A stretch of DNA of 63,994 nt, counting the filler, from Dimargaris cristalligena (lineage: Eukaryota), in NCBI GenBank assembly GCA_003614675.1. It is 6 parts of 6 records of this genome, joined end to end, with 100 filler letters (N's around TTAATTAATTAA, not from the genome) between each part and the next. Parts side by side here need not be neighbours in the genome. Positions count along the whole stretch, not along the records: positions 21,898 to 32,738 come from ML003147.1; positions 32,839 to 43,677 come from ML003148.1; 4 more parts are not named here. One strand, 5' to 3'. The notes under the pieces are model-generated. The model ran no database searches. It was given only the letters and a program-made list of their open reading frames with translations, and was not told the origin of the DNA. Shown here in pieces: positions 27,101 through 39,497 of the stretch (within the stretch, counting starts at the first letter, position 1; the number at the start of each line of letters is the position of its first letter). The position numbers were made by a program, and so were the translations under genes.

Positions 27101-29931
27101 AATACTAGACTGCAGTTCCTTTTATCCCGACATACCATACATTCCTTAACCTAATAGCACTGAATGTCAATGATATATTATTTCATCGAAGCCCAGACAC
27201 TGTAGGTACGTATTTATTTCACCCGACCCCCCTATAATATTAGTTATTGGAAGACACCACGCCCTTTGGCACGAAATTCACTCTTGATTTTTTTTTACAC
27301 AAACCAGTACAGCTCAAAGCTTTAATCGAAACTCTAGTTGGATGTCGTTTCAAGGGCTCTAACACCTGCCCACTCCTGACGTGTTTTATCCTATAGTTTA
27401 TTAAAATGGTGTAGCACAGCTGACCAACTCCTGTAGCTATCCAAGTCAGGAATCATATAAATGGCACGTGCCTGGGTGGTGTAATGGTATAAGGAGACCT
27501 GGTCTTATCAAAGACTATACCTTACATACCACTTCAGCAACTTCCCATTCCAATTTAGATTGGCTTACCATATACTCTCCAGATTGACGCCAGATTTCAT
27601 GTTTTTGATGCACGTCCTGTACTTTTGGGTATAATTCTGGCCAATCTGCTTCACCATTAGTGGCTGTGGGTTTTTAAGGTGTATCATATTCATTGTTTTG
27701 AAATGTTCTTTTTACTTGTACGGATACTCAATTGATATGCTACTTATTTGGGGGAAAAAAGGGGTGTGTTGGAAAGTAGACGAACAATGGTACGCCTGTA
27801 AGTTACACTTCAGTCTCAAAAATAGGGATGCCGTTTTTAAGGATTTTTTTCTAGTCCAATAACTTCACTTATATTAAATAATCATTCTCATCATGATTGA
27901 CACCACAAACTCGGTGCATCTCCTTACAATCACCTGTCATCTTATCAATTACCCCGTTCTTTTTAACAAACCTTCGTTTTATACCCGACATTATTGGCAA
28001 CGCTCCTTGCAGCGCCTACCTCGTATTCTTGGCCTTCTCATGGCGTTAGAGTAGTCAGTTTCTCTATCCCATTTGCCTAGAATAATCAGTCTCAGGGCCA
28101 GCTAGGTAGGATAGAAGGATGCATTTTTTTGATAAGTTGGCGACTGGTCTTTGGATAAATAGCCAAAAGTCTTGTATTAAGACAGATGGCTCCGAAATAA
28201 TGGCTTTCGGAGACTGGAGATTACGGTAAGGGCATTCACCGCGCTCCGCAAACTCTGTCGCTAAGTCCCTATAAGAGTGCATTATGACGGGTGGGTGGGA
28301 AGATAACATTCTATGGAACAATTTCAAAGAGAAATTGGACTTAATTAATATATCCCGTTAGAGACACATATCCATATTCTAGAAACGGCGGAATCAAAAG
28401 TTGCATACGAAATCCCGACTTCCCCCTCTGCAATGCGGAAATTATGGCACACCAGGTGACATTCAATCTTGATACAAAATAAAGGCCTGTTGCGGCTCCC
28501 GCCGGCTTTAGGAAGGGTGTGCCCTTTGCTTTCCCGGATGCGTTGGCACCCCCCATACTTTCGAATATAAACCTGGTCCAACCATTTTTGGAATAGCTGG
28601 ATACCACTTCGGTCGCGCACCTTACCTATTTCCTCTCAACTTGGCTGAAAGAAAACTGTGCGACCCTATTTAGCCGATTTAAGCAGAACATAACCAAGTT
28701 TAGACCCGGTCGATCTCGTGGGCTCCCCATCCTCGTTTGTCTACCTACTTTATTAGTTAATTATCTCTAAGATGTTCATTTCCAGCGATTCATTCCTCCG
28801 AATAAGATCAGTGGTCTTCCCGTTGATGTGGCAGCTCCCCGTGCCAACGCCTTTCCGCAGTCCGAAGATCCCCGTTAAGCCCCCCGCTTATAGAACTCAA
28901 GGAAGGTGTGACAGGGCGCGCTCTATTATTATACTCTAATAAGAGGGATTATAATAAGATGTCTTTGATTGGACAGAAGACAAGACAATGAAGAGTGTGG
29001 GTTGGCCAGCTTCTCGGTCGATGATTTTTCCCATCACACTTATTTCTTCAGCCTATTATTACACTCACTCACACCACCCTTGTGGCTGGCAACCCCTTTT
29101 GCATTTCGAATTTCGTTTTTCGGTGTAAGCGATATGGCGAAGCCTGGCAGCCAACCTCTTGTTCAATCATGGTCAATCCACATGCTTTTAATGGTTCTTC
29201 CCGAAAATCCATTCGAATCAATGGTTATTGTGGATAGAACGACTGTATTAGCTAAACACTTAGTCAAAGTTACGATTGCCACTAACCACTAATTAGCGAT
29301 TCCATAAAAAGGCTCAATTCCTATACTGTCATGGTATCTTCCATTTTTTTATATAGAGCGCAATGTTCGCTTTTAACTGCATGTATTGTTATTGAGCAAG
29401 CACCTCCTCCGTCGAGTATAAAATACCCCAGCAAAAACCCCGAATCTTAGACAAATAAGGACTGTGGCAGATGTAATAGTGTATTGAGGCCATTGATAAA
29501 TTGGGAATTCTCACACCTGAGGGGGGCTTGGTTGGTTGAGTTTCGACAGACGGAAAACGAAAACACGAAACGCCTAGCACGAGAGTCGCATCCACCGCCA
29601 TAATCTCGACAAGTCCCTTGGGAATCTGACCACAGCGATTGGCCTTCCCACCCCACCGTCTCAACTGCTAGTTAAACCTAGAACTATAAAACCATGGCCA
29701 TAGTCGACCCCGCCCCCGTTGGCAGTTCGTAAGTTACTCCCCCCCTTCCCCCTTCGATTCATTACCTACACCTTCTATTTTTCTACTGTGGTTTGTGATT
29801 CCTCGCACCACTATTTTCCATTAGAGTTTTAGAGGGGACCCGGCTCCCTTTACATTGGCTTATATTATTGCAGGTATACTCTATTTTTACAGCTCTACTT
29901 TTTAGGTGGAGCTGCTTAATATACAGTTGCC

Positions 29932-31698
29932 ATGACCCATCCCCTTCAAGTTGAGCCGACGTACGGCAGCGAAAACAACACGGTACTTAACGATAGTGGC
30001 GAGCCTGTCGATAGGGACCATATGTTCGACGACAAGAAGGACCACCCGGAGCGGAATAGCGAGGATAATAAGGAAGACATCCTCGCCGCTGAAGGTTCAC
30101 TCTTGAAAGAAAAGGACTCGACCCCCCGGGATGTCGAAGGTGCTTTAGGTGACGGCACCCAGGCTGTGCCCGAGGACGGGGCCCTGGCTGTTTCATGGAA
30201 ACGACTTATTCTCATTATGATTGGTCTCGGCTTTGGCGTATTCTTGGCTTTCATCGACATGACCATCGTTGCCACGGCCTTACCGGAAATTGGCTCCCAA
30301 CTGGAGGCCTTTGACGAAATTACCTGGGTGGCTTCATCGTATATGTTAACGGCCACGGCCCTGCAGCCCCTGTACGGCAAATTCTCGGATATCTTCGGAC
30401 GTGTACCCGTTATCCTGTTCGCTCTTGTCGTTTTCCTGGTCGGCTGTGCCATTTGTGGAGCGGCCCAGAATATCATGACCCTTATTATCGCCCGTGGGTT
30501 GGCTGGTATCGGTGGTGCCGGTCTGGTCTCCCTCTGCATGATTATCATTTCGGATATTGTACCTCTGAACAAGCGCGCGCTATTCTTGGGTGCCTTTGGT
30601 GGCGTTTTCGCCATCGCCAGTATCGCGGGCCCACTACTCGGAGGCGCCTTTACCGATTACGTGTCGTGGCGCTGGGTCTTCTACATTAATCTGCCCATTG
30701 GTGCGGTAACCCTTATTGTGATTATATTGTTCCTCCGCATTCCCCACAAGTCAGGGTCCATCTTAGCCAAACTACGCAAGATTGATTACCTGGGCACTTT
30801 CCTCTTGGTGGGCGGTATCGTTTTCATCTTGTTAGCCATTCTGTGGGGCGGCAAGGACTACCCTTGGGATGACAAGCGCATCATTGCCTTCTTCTGCATC
30901 GGTTTCGGCCTCATCATCGCCTTCGTCCTGTCTGAGGTCTATTTTGCCAGTGAACCCATTATTCCCATGGAACTTTTCCGTTTCCGTAATGTCTGCATCT
31001 GCTACACTAGCGTGTTCTTTCTGGGTATTGGTATCATGGGCGCCATTTTCTACCTCCCCATATACTTTAATGTGGTCCGTAATGACTCGGCTACCATGGC
31101 GGGCGTCAAGCTGCTCCCCTTCATGCTTAGCATGGTCTTCGGTAATGTCGTCAGCGGTGTGATAATTCAAAAGACCGGACGCTGCCGTGAAATTGTCTGG
31201 GTCGGAAGTTCCATCGCCACCGTCGGTGTGGGTCTTTTGACCACCCTAAGCCGCGCATCCAACGCTGGCAATGAAGTGGGTTACCTTCTCATCTTCGGCT
31301 TCGGGTCCGGCCTCTTTTTCCAAACCATGTTGATGATTTGCCAATCGACCGCCGAAGAATCCGAAGTAGCCGTCGTCACCGCTTGCTACAATTTCTTCCA
31401 AACTATTGGTGCGACTTTGGGCTTGGCCATTCTCTCCGCTATTATGAACAACGTCCTTAACACTCGGTTACCCCTTATTGAGGGCCTTGACTTGGCCGCT
31501 CTGGCTGCTGCGCCTTCCTCTATTAACACCATGGACGTTTCGGAAGAAGCCCGCATCCAATTCATTGATGCGTATGTTAAGGCCATCAGCACCGCCTTTA
31601 TTCCTATTATCCCTATGATGGGTGTTATTTTTTTAATGTCCCTGGGCATCAAACACGTTCCTCTGCGTAAGACCCTCACAGGTGGCGCCCATGGTTAA
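29932..31698 (+). CDS. MFS drug:H+ antiporter, DHA2 (14-TMS) family
   Basis: 588-aa ORF; FLAFIDMTIVATALP, WVASSYML, YGKFSDIFGR, ARGLAGIGGAG, GPLLGGAFTD.VSWRWVFYINLPIG. Confidence 0.95.
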   Translation: MTHPLQVEPTYGSENNTVLNDSGEPVDRDHMFDDKKDHPERNSEDNKEDILAAEGSLLKEKDSTPRDVEGALGDGTQAVPEDGALAVSWKRLILIMIGLGFGVFLAFIDMTIVATALPEIGSQLEAFDEITWVASSYMLTATALQPLYGKFSDIFGRVPVILFALVVFLVGCAICGAAQNIMTLIIARGLAGIGGAGLVSLCMIIISDIVPLNKRALFLGAFGGVFAIASIAGPLLGGAFTDYVSWRWVFYINLPIGAVTLIVIILFLRIPHKSGSILAKLRKIDYLGTFLLVGGIVFILLAILWGGKDYPWDDKRIIAFFCIGFGLIIAFVLSEVYFASEPIIPMELFRFRNVCICYTSVFFLGIGIMGAIFYLPIYFNVVRNDSATMAGVKLLPFMLSMVFGNVVSGVIIQKTGRCREIVWVGSSIATVGVGLLTTLSRASNAGNEVGYLLIFGFGSGLFFQTMLMICQSTAEESEVAVVTACYNFFQTIGATLGLAILSAIMNNVLNTRLPLIEGLDLAALAAAPSSINTMDVSEEARIQFIDAYVKAISTAFIPIIPMMGVIFLMSLGIKHVPLRKTLTGGAHG

Positions 31699-32683
31699 TT
31701 TTAGAATCCAAAGTCATTTACCACTTGAGTCATCGCCGATACCCATAATGTATCATTCTAATGATTGGAACATCTACCCCTCTAATTACGCATCAAGGTC
31801 TCTTAGTTATACCTTATTCGTCATCTTTCTGCCCACAATTATTAGTTCTCTATCAATATATTATATGTGCACACTTGCATCGCCTAGTTCTAGACTATTA
31901 TCCAGCCCATCTGTCATCTGGTATCAAATAAATTACTATTGATGTTGACAGATATAGGTAGTCTATTAAATTATTTTATTAGGCCTAGATATATATATAT
32001 CATTGAGTTTGGCGTCACTATCATTAAACACTCTGATAATGCACTAGAGTCCAAATGGTCAAACTTCCTAGGAATATAGCACTGGCTATACCATTCAACC
32101 AGCCTTATCGCTAATCAATGGGTCCTCCAGATCTTCTACATTTATGCCCTGAAGCTTCAATGGAACCCTATATTTTCTATCTTCAGATGAATAGTCTTGG
32201 GGCCAAGCTGAGGTATAGGTATATATAAAAATACTAATGTGGTGCAATAGTGTGGACTTATACTAAAAATAGGTATAAAAGGGATTATAGGGCATGTCAG
32301 CCCTTCTAATCTACCTTAATCTGGACATCATACTGTCCACCCTTATTAGGCCTTATAGCATAATATTAACCTTCCTATGGTCACCCCCAGTACTATGGGA
32401 TCACCCTATATCATATAACCCTTCCCCTTCTAGACTCCAGCTCTTCACACTAATTACACAACATGCTGATCTGAAGACTCTTCCAGTTACCACGAGAGTC
32501 TTCCAGATACTAGTAACTGTTTGGTTGGCCTATTTTCACTATATACCTTAGTTACCCATAGTTTTCCCTTGGGACCTCCCTCTGGAGTTGTCCCCATATA
32601 TATATAACTGGGACCCCTTGGGACTAGTTAGAGGTCAGCTTATTCTTACCCCCCTAGTTTACCCCAATAAACTCTATATATAC

Positions 32684-32738
32684 TGTAAAGAACTGAAATC
32701 AAATCCTTGAAAACTGAACTTTATTTGAAAAGATAGAT
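32684..32738. repeat. LTR-like repeat terminus, also present at 40787-40840
   Basis: TGTAAAGAACTGAAATCAAATCCTTGAAAACTGAACTTTATTTGAAAAGATAGA versus TGTAAAGAACTGAAATCAAAACTTTGAAAACTGAACTTTATTTAAAAAAATAGA; homology starts sharply at TG. Confidence 0.7.
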
Positions 32739-32838
32739 NNNNNNNNNNNNNNNNNNNNNNNNNNNNNNNNNNNNNNNNNNNNTTAATTAATTAANNNNNN
32801 NNNNNNNNNNNNNNNNNNNNNNNNNNNNNNNNNNNNNN
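32739..32838. other. Artificial contig linker
   Basis: N44-TTAATTAATTAA-N44. Confidence 0.97.
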
Positions 32839-32894
32839 TATAATAATAGGAAAAACAATATAATAATGAAAATGGAGGAAAAATGACTATACTT

Positions 32895-32966
32895 ATCAGG
32901 GGCAGGGGCAGGGGCTCATTCACTCATCAGGGGCAGGGGCGGGGGCTCATTCACTCATCAGGGGCA
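32895..32966 (+). repeat. 31-bp G-tract tandem repeat (about 2.3 copies)
   Basis: ATCAGGGGCAGGGGC(A/G)GGGGCTCATTCACTC twice plus ATCAGGGGCA; mirrored at 43550-43621. Confidence 0.85.
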
Positions 32967-33035
32967 TACTTCCGATAAGTGCAAAAAATGGATTAAAAAT
33001 AAAAGTAAGTAAAAAATGTGGTAAGTTCACCACAC

Positions 33036-35239
33036 CTATCCTATTACCTAGATGGCATTGCCATCATATCACCCACTCACTCACAGGCCCAGGCTGATCT
33101 GGTCACAGTACTCGATCATCTCTAGATACTGAGATTTCCCATTAACTGGAAGAAGTCAGTCCTTACTCCAGCCTAAGTCATGGAATTTCTGGGTATGACC
33201 ATCAATACCCAGCAAATAAAGGTTATATTACCTCTAAGGAAATGCAAATTGATTCAGTGGGTATGTAGGTACTTGAAAACCAAATCACTACTAGCCCGGA
33301 AGGTGGCCTTAGTCCTGGGAACATTGATGTCAACCCTACCAGCTATTCCCAATGGATTAATCTATCTGCAGGAATTACAACAGTACCTCATTAGGCATAA
33401 CAAAACCTGGAAAGAATTAATCACTCTTACCCCAGTGGCAATCCAGGAACTCAACTGGTGGTATCACCAGGCCCAGCTCAACATGGGGAAGCCAGTACAT
33501 CTCCCCGATATAACCACTATGGCCATCTATACCAATGTATCGGACACTGGGTATAGAATAGTAGCCCCAGGATTACATCAAGCGGGGCTTTGGAACCCAG
33601 AGGAACAGCTGATGTCCAGAAAATGGAAGGAACTATGGGCAGCCTATTTGGCATTAATCCAGTTACCCCCATTGGTCCACTATCAGGCAGTTCTATTGAA
33701 AACTGACAATACTACTGTCCTGAAATATATTAACTACCAGGGTGGGACCCGGGTCCCAGCCCTCCAATCTCTAGCCCTCAAAATTAACCACGAACTGGTG
33801 TACAAAAATCTAACACTAATGGCGACCCATATTCCGGGGATAATTAACACCGAGGCTGATCAATTGAGTCAGCAGGTACCAGCATACCGTGAAATGCAGC
33901 TACCCCACCGGGTATTCCATCCGCTAAACCAGTGGTGGGGTCCATTCAACATCGACCTGTTTGCCAGTCCCATCAACCACCAGTTGACCAGGTACTACCA
34001 CTTGTACCACATGGGTGACAGTTCACCAAAGGACGCGTACCAGTACCCTTGGCCTCAGGAAAATGGTTATATATTTCCACCCTGGAACCAGGTCCACCGA
34101 GTAATCAATCGGGTCTACCAGGAAAAGATAACCCTAGTCCTAATAACCCCGTTTTGGCGGACACAGTCATGGTATCCCCGCCTATTACCAATGATTGTGG
34201 ACCAACCCCAGGTCATCCGGACTCCCCGCCTCCTGCTAATCACTTGGAAGATATCCGGAAAATGTTGGCACAGCAGGGCATACCACCGACAGTTGCCACC
34301 AGTATCTACAATGGGCTCCGGGAAAACACCAATAAGGCCTACCAATATGCCTGGCAATAATTTGCCCATTGGTATATACAACAGGAAAAGGATCACTGCT
34401 ACCCTTATTCCATAACATTACTCGATTACTTGTCCGAGTTAATCCAATCTTCGAGTATTCATATCGTCAAGCTCCATAAAGCTGCGATTATTTCCACTTG
34501 GGAAACCGGGTACCCGGACTGTGCAGTTTCTAAGCACCGTCATTTAAATCTTTTCATTCGAAATTGGAGCCGTAAGGTTATACCCAAAGAGAAACCACCG
34601 ATTTGGAAGGTAGGGCAACTGGTTGACTATCTTGCCGAACTTCCCAGTACCAACGAGTTGCCCTGGCATAAATACAGCCAGAAGGTCATTGCACTACTGT
34701 GTTTATCCACCATGTGGCGCCCCCGGAGTGACTTTGCCCGGGTAACAATTGATAACATCAAGGTATCTCACATATCCGGTAAGCCAGATGTCCTAACCAT
34801 TACTGCCTATCACGTCAAAGAAGGCCAGCGAAAGTCCATTACGATTGAGGCCCTTGAACATAACCATGGGCTATGTCCCGTTTGAAATACTCTCGCCTAC
34901 ATCGAGCAATCTCTCCCTTGGCGTTGCCCGGGCCACCGGGCCTTATTTATCACCAGAAAAGGTACCAACGCGTCAATGGATACCCTTGGAAACTGGGTGA
35001 AACATCTGCTGGGGGAAGCAAAAATCGATATGGATATATTCTTGGCCCATTCCATCTGTGCGGCCACTGCCATTACTGCCCACCAGCTCGGATTTAGTCA
35101 GGACGAAATTATGGGGGCCGCTAACTGGCGGGTCTGGACTACATTTTTGAATTATTACAATTGGCCTAGTCCCCATGATAGTGTATCTCAGTCCATCCTG
35201 ACGAATTATTCCCATGATGAAAGGCATAACTCAGATTAA
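33036..35239 (+). mobile_element. Inactivated, 5'-truncated DIRS-type tyrosine-recombinase retrotransposon (RT C-half, RNase H, Dam-like methyltransferase, overlapping YR)
   Basis: YLDG (YLDD decayed, 33045), INWKKSVLTP*..EFLG, IYTNVSDTG, KTDNTTV, HIPGIINTEADQLS, IDLFAS, FPPW, ITPFWRTQSWYP. YR frame: TNKAYQYAWQ*F, LSTMWRPRSD, LCPV*, AHSIC, MGAANW, TFLNYY. Stops at 33123, 33174, 34358, 34883. Confidence 0.92.
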
Positions 35240-36289
35240 ACGAGCTGGGCGATGTTTAATACTGGTTAAATATAACTATCCCGCTTATCTTCTCGTACAC
35301 ATGTAATTCAAAACCCTATACAACTGGGCCGCATTTCCCCCATATTCATTATATTCATCCATTATTAGCTATCCTTTATACCACTATCTAATAGCATCCT
35401 CCAGCATCTTCTACACTGGTTCGACGCCTTTATCATTAGTTTGCTCGGCTATATAAAGCTGAGCCAATTCCTATAGGTATTCTTTAGTTAATTAGTTGCA
35501 CCTCATACCCCCTTTTACTAGTTAATCCACCCCTATATCGATACCCGGCACTACTACTATCTATAAAGCGCTCTTCGCAACCTTACATTGAGCATCCTTC
35601 TCATAACCCTTCCATCTAGGCGTAAGTAATTCAACTATTACAAGTGTTTTTCCCTACCACAGCCCTATTGACATCCCCAAACCTAGCTTTGCTTAGCTAA
35701 GACCCAGCAGAAAGATATGGGAGGATTGGCACACGTGCCCATGCAACCCTTTTTATATCATCATCGCAGCTAACGATTTCACTAGAATTATTTTTGAATT
35801 CCGATAATCGCAAAAGCAGACAACTCATGGTTCCAACCACTGATGGAAGCCAGATTAGGTTTATAATGATTGATTAGATGTTGTTTTATTACTTATAGAT
35901 GGCGGTTATGGACAATTAGTATAATGTGCGATGTGATTCAGCAATTATAATGATAGATAATGCCCTACCAACGAGTTAGCTTGGTCAGCTAAGTACTGTC
36001 CACGACACTGGACTACATCATCACCAATAAAACAACAACTACATAATAAATGGGAAATGAGTGCTAAATATACCGCAGCCTTGCAACTAGAAAGGGGGAC
36101 ACTGCCAGTGTATACTAGTAAACAAATAATGGAAAGGAGAACCAGCGGGTGACCACTTTATGTATAATGTCTTCTCGATATGTTCACGGCACGACAACCT
36201 TCCCACATACTAGTGGGTAACTCTGTTTTCCTCGAGTACCTATTTTATTAGATTATGTAGCTCCGGGGGCATGTAGTAGGGAGAGGAGT

Positions 36290-37310
36290 TTACATGATAA
36301 TAGCAGCGGCTTTGAGTCCCTCCTCAGGATGATGATCGTAGTCAGCATCAGTGCGCTTGAAGTGCTACAGCTAGCCCTCCTAGATAAATTTATTAGTGAC
36401 TTTGAGAAAACTCATGAGGTTACTAATAGGTTAGTCCCGTTGGCTAGGGGGGCAGCAGGTGGTACAGACCCCCAAGTTGTACAGAGCTTCCTTCGGTTAA
36501 GAAGTAGGTGTGGCGACTAGTAAAGCCTTCCACCTCATCCAGGGAGTAGCTGACCCCCGGCTCGTTATTCTAGCAGGGTCCGCCGAAGATATTAGGCTCG
36601 TATCTAAGCATACTGCCCCCATTGCCGTTGATAGTCAGGGTACCGTCTCGCTAGTGGTTGGCCACTTTGGAGTTTTGGGGTATTTTGATGACGATCTAAT
36701 TGAAGTTAGAGTCCAGGTGGTGGCGGTGGGTATTGGAGTGAGAGAACAGGCGGTCCTGGGGCATACGGTTGAAGGAAGCGACAATACCGGGCACCATATT
36801 GCCGGGGGAGTAGGCGGTCTGCTCCACTTCGGCGAAATAGTTCTCGGGGCTGCAGTTGAGGGTGAACTTCCCCACTTCCATTATGGGGTTACTCTTTTTG
36901 GGACCACACCTTGGAGATGTCGAAGATGTGGTAGCGGAACTTCTTGGCCTGCTCGGGCTCCATGAACCGAATGCAGGCGGTCCAGCTGGGGAAGTCATTG
37001 TCGGCAATGACATTGAACAGGTCCTGGGTGGCATAGTCAGGGTTCTCACCCTCGAGCTGGGCGGCCCGCTTGGGGACCAGTTCTTGACCTCCTGGTTGGT
37101 GCGAAAGTGCCACTTGAAGTAACGGATCTTACAGTGGTTGTCGGCCAGCTTGAAAGTGTGGCGGCTGTAGCCAAGCACGCTACTAAAACCATCGGGGGTA
37201 CCCCGGCTGGACTTTGGCTTCAAGTTGCTAAGCTCACAGGTGCGAGCAAGGGGCGCGGTCACCCTTTGGAGGTGGGCTATCGTCAATTAGGCCGGTTCCC
37301 TTCTCACCAT
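36290..37310 (-). pseudogene. Monofunctional heme catalase pseudogene
   Basis: Frame-shifted fragments RGTPDGF..GYSRHTFKL, YFKWHFRTNQ, ENPDYATQDLFNVI, FDISKVW, EVGKFTLN.SPENYFAEVEQTAYSPGNMVPGI, QDRLFSHSNTHRH, C-terminal HFKRTDADY; several stops; N-terminal catalytic-His region deleted. Confidence 0.9.
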
Positions 37311-39347
37311 ACAAATAGTTTTTACCGAGTAGGAGGGACGAATTCCGAGGGTAGAACTCCTTATTGCTTTGGACTGGTGGGGATGTATGATGGGATCCGC
37401 ATGGTGCAGGAAGGTGAGCCCCACATTATATTTTCATTATAAGCCAGGTATTTAAAAACGGTGGATAGCTGTCATAGTTGATGTAGGTTGCGAAGTACTG
37501 CGATGATGGTCAGCAGCTTCCTCCATTGAATCCGGCATTGGAAGCCACAAATGTGCTCTTGTGCATGGCTACACAGAGAACGAGGGTGCTTGTCAATGTA
37601 GAGGGCAGTGCTTGTACACAGATTCCCGACTCAGTAGCTGTGGAGAGTAGCCGGGGTCTGCGGTTGGAGCACCACCTACCAGTATTAAACTGTACCAATG
37701 CCGACTTGTATGTTGACAATGCTGTGCGGAAAGCCGTAACATTTGCTTATAAAACCGCATATTGGCTCCAGCACTTCCATGATATCACCACACACCCCAT
37801 TCATCCTTGACTGCGGCACAATGATAGGAATGCTGATACTTCTAAATTCATTCAGTCTCTGTATACACCAAGTTTCTCGAACAATCCAACTTGCTGACAA
37901 CCCATTAAAAACAATCTACTATAAATAACTAGGAATTCGTCCCCCGCCAAATTCCAGTTAAACACACACCTTATTTTATATGCTTTATGCGTATTTGTAA
38001 CGCCAACCCTGCCACCAGTCAACTTCGCTTCACGTCATCGAAAGGTCATAGTATCCCGTATAATCACCTAACTGTTCACTCGAGAACTACGTGCCAGGCT
38101 CCACAGTACGAAGATAATCAGTAAGCTTGTCCACGGCATCAGGTAAGGACAACCATGGGGCTAATTTCGGGGTATTATCATTATGTAGATCATAACTATA
38201 AGCATTCTTGGTATATATTAGCGTGCCAAATGGAAAGTAACCAGAATCCAGATATTCCAGGATTCGCTTTTTTACGTTGGTATGCTATTCGAGGTCCCCT
38301 TTCACTTGATGACCATTAATAGTTCCATTGATAAGATGCCTTTTAATCCCAAATGGTATATGATATAGTCCGGCACAATATGTCCGGCTATGCCGCCGAC
38401 TATAAGTCGCTCTTGTGATTCGCAAAAAAACAATAATTTTGAAATACATAGTTGTTTACCAAGGGAAGCACTGTACTAACCACTGCAGATACATTGCCTT
38501 TACCGTTTGCATTTTACACCAGGTGCTGGGAGTAACCATCGACATTGCCTGCCAAGCCGCGAAAATGGAAGAATACAAGGTCTGCTCCAATTCGATTATA
38601 GCCGCTTTAGGAGACGCCGGTATTCTGCCGAATCAGATTAAATCGGCCAGTTGGCGTCATAAACAAAGACCAGCTTTCCGCATTAATATGATCATTATGA
38701 GGGAGGAGGAGGATAAGGAAAAGGAAGAATGGATCATTTTCATATATCATGGCAATTGTTGGGCCAGTGGTTTGAGGCCCCTCCCTTCTGGAACTAAGGC
38801 TGGGGTTGGACCCCTTGTCCTCCCCGGGGTCGGCAGGGTCACTGGACATCAGGTTTGGAGGGCTCAAGGCGCCTGGGTGAATCATGGAGAACTCGGGAAA
38901 CGGTCCTTCGGCTAAGCAGATCAGATCGGAGCTGTTCTTGGAGGTCGAACTGGGGTACAGCGCAAAATGTTCCACATGAAATGATCCTAAACTCCCATCG
39001 TCGGAGTTAGGTGCTAGAGGAGCCATGGTGGCCACATGTTAAAAATAAGATAATAAAATTAAGAAAAATGAAAAATTGACTTCCAGTTGAAGTCCTTGGC
39101 TGATGCTGGGTAAAACACTGGGTGAAGTTAAAATATATATTTATTCTGAATAATAAAAACTTATCTTGAAAGTAACTTGCCATTTTAAGGGCCGGCTGGG
39201 GATACTATATATATGCAAACTGATACTATGAACTTAGAGCTATACTACTACTTTTAGGACATCATCCTCGGATGGACTGACAACCATAAAACCACAAAGG
39301 GAAAAACTGGCTGGTTCTTCAAGTTTGAACACTGTGTAAAAGAGAAA

Positions 39348-39497
39348 GAAAAGATATATGAGAAAATAGAAGACAAAATTGCCCTGGATCTGCCAGGGCA
39401 TTCTTGAAGGTGGAATATGGAAGAAAAAGATATGGGAAAATGGAAGACAAAATTGTCTCGGATCCACCAGGGCATTCTTGGAGGTGGAATATGGAAG
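39348..39497 (+). repeat. Two diverged tandem copies of an about 74-bp unit
   Basis: GAAGACAAAATTGCCCTGGATCTGCCAGGGCATTCTTGAAGGTGGAATATGGAAGA and GAAGACAAAATTGTCTCGGATCCACCAGGGCATTCTTGGAGGTGGAATATGGAAGA. Confidence 0.8.

Larger units (their letters stand above)
32839..35589 (+). repeat. Left arm of a 2751-bp inverted repeat (partner 40927-43677)
   Basis: All ORFs are mirrored with identical translations and coordinates summing to 76516; identity ends at ...CCTTACATT. Confidence 0.95.

Noticed and set aside
24200-29900. Scattered short ORFs in the GPCR-MFS intergenic region, including a protein-like fragment near 27500-27700
   Set aside because: No motifs or codon bias; treated as intergenic
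35302-35587. Apparent 286-bp solo LTR (TGTAA...TTACA with TATA box)
   Set aside because: No target-site duplication, and homology with 60691-60883 crosses the proposed left boundary; only the right end looks like a true terminus
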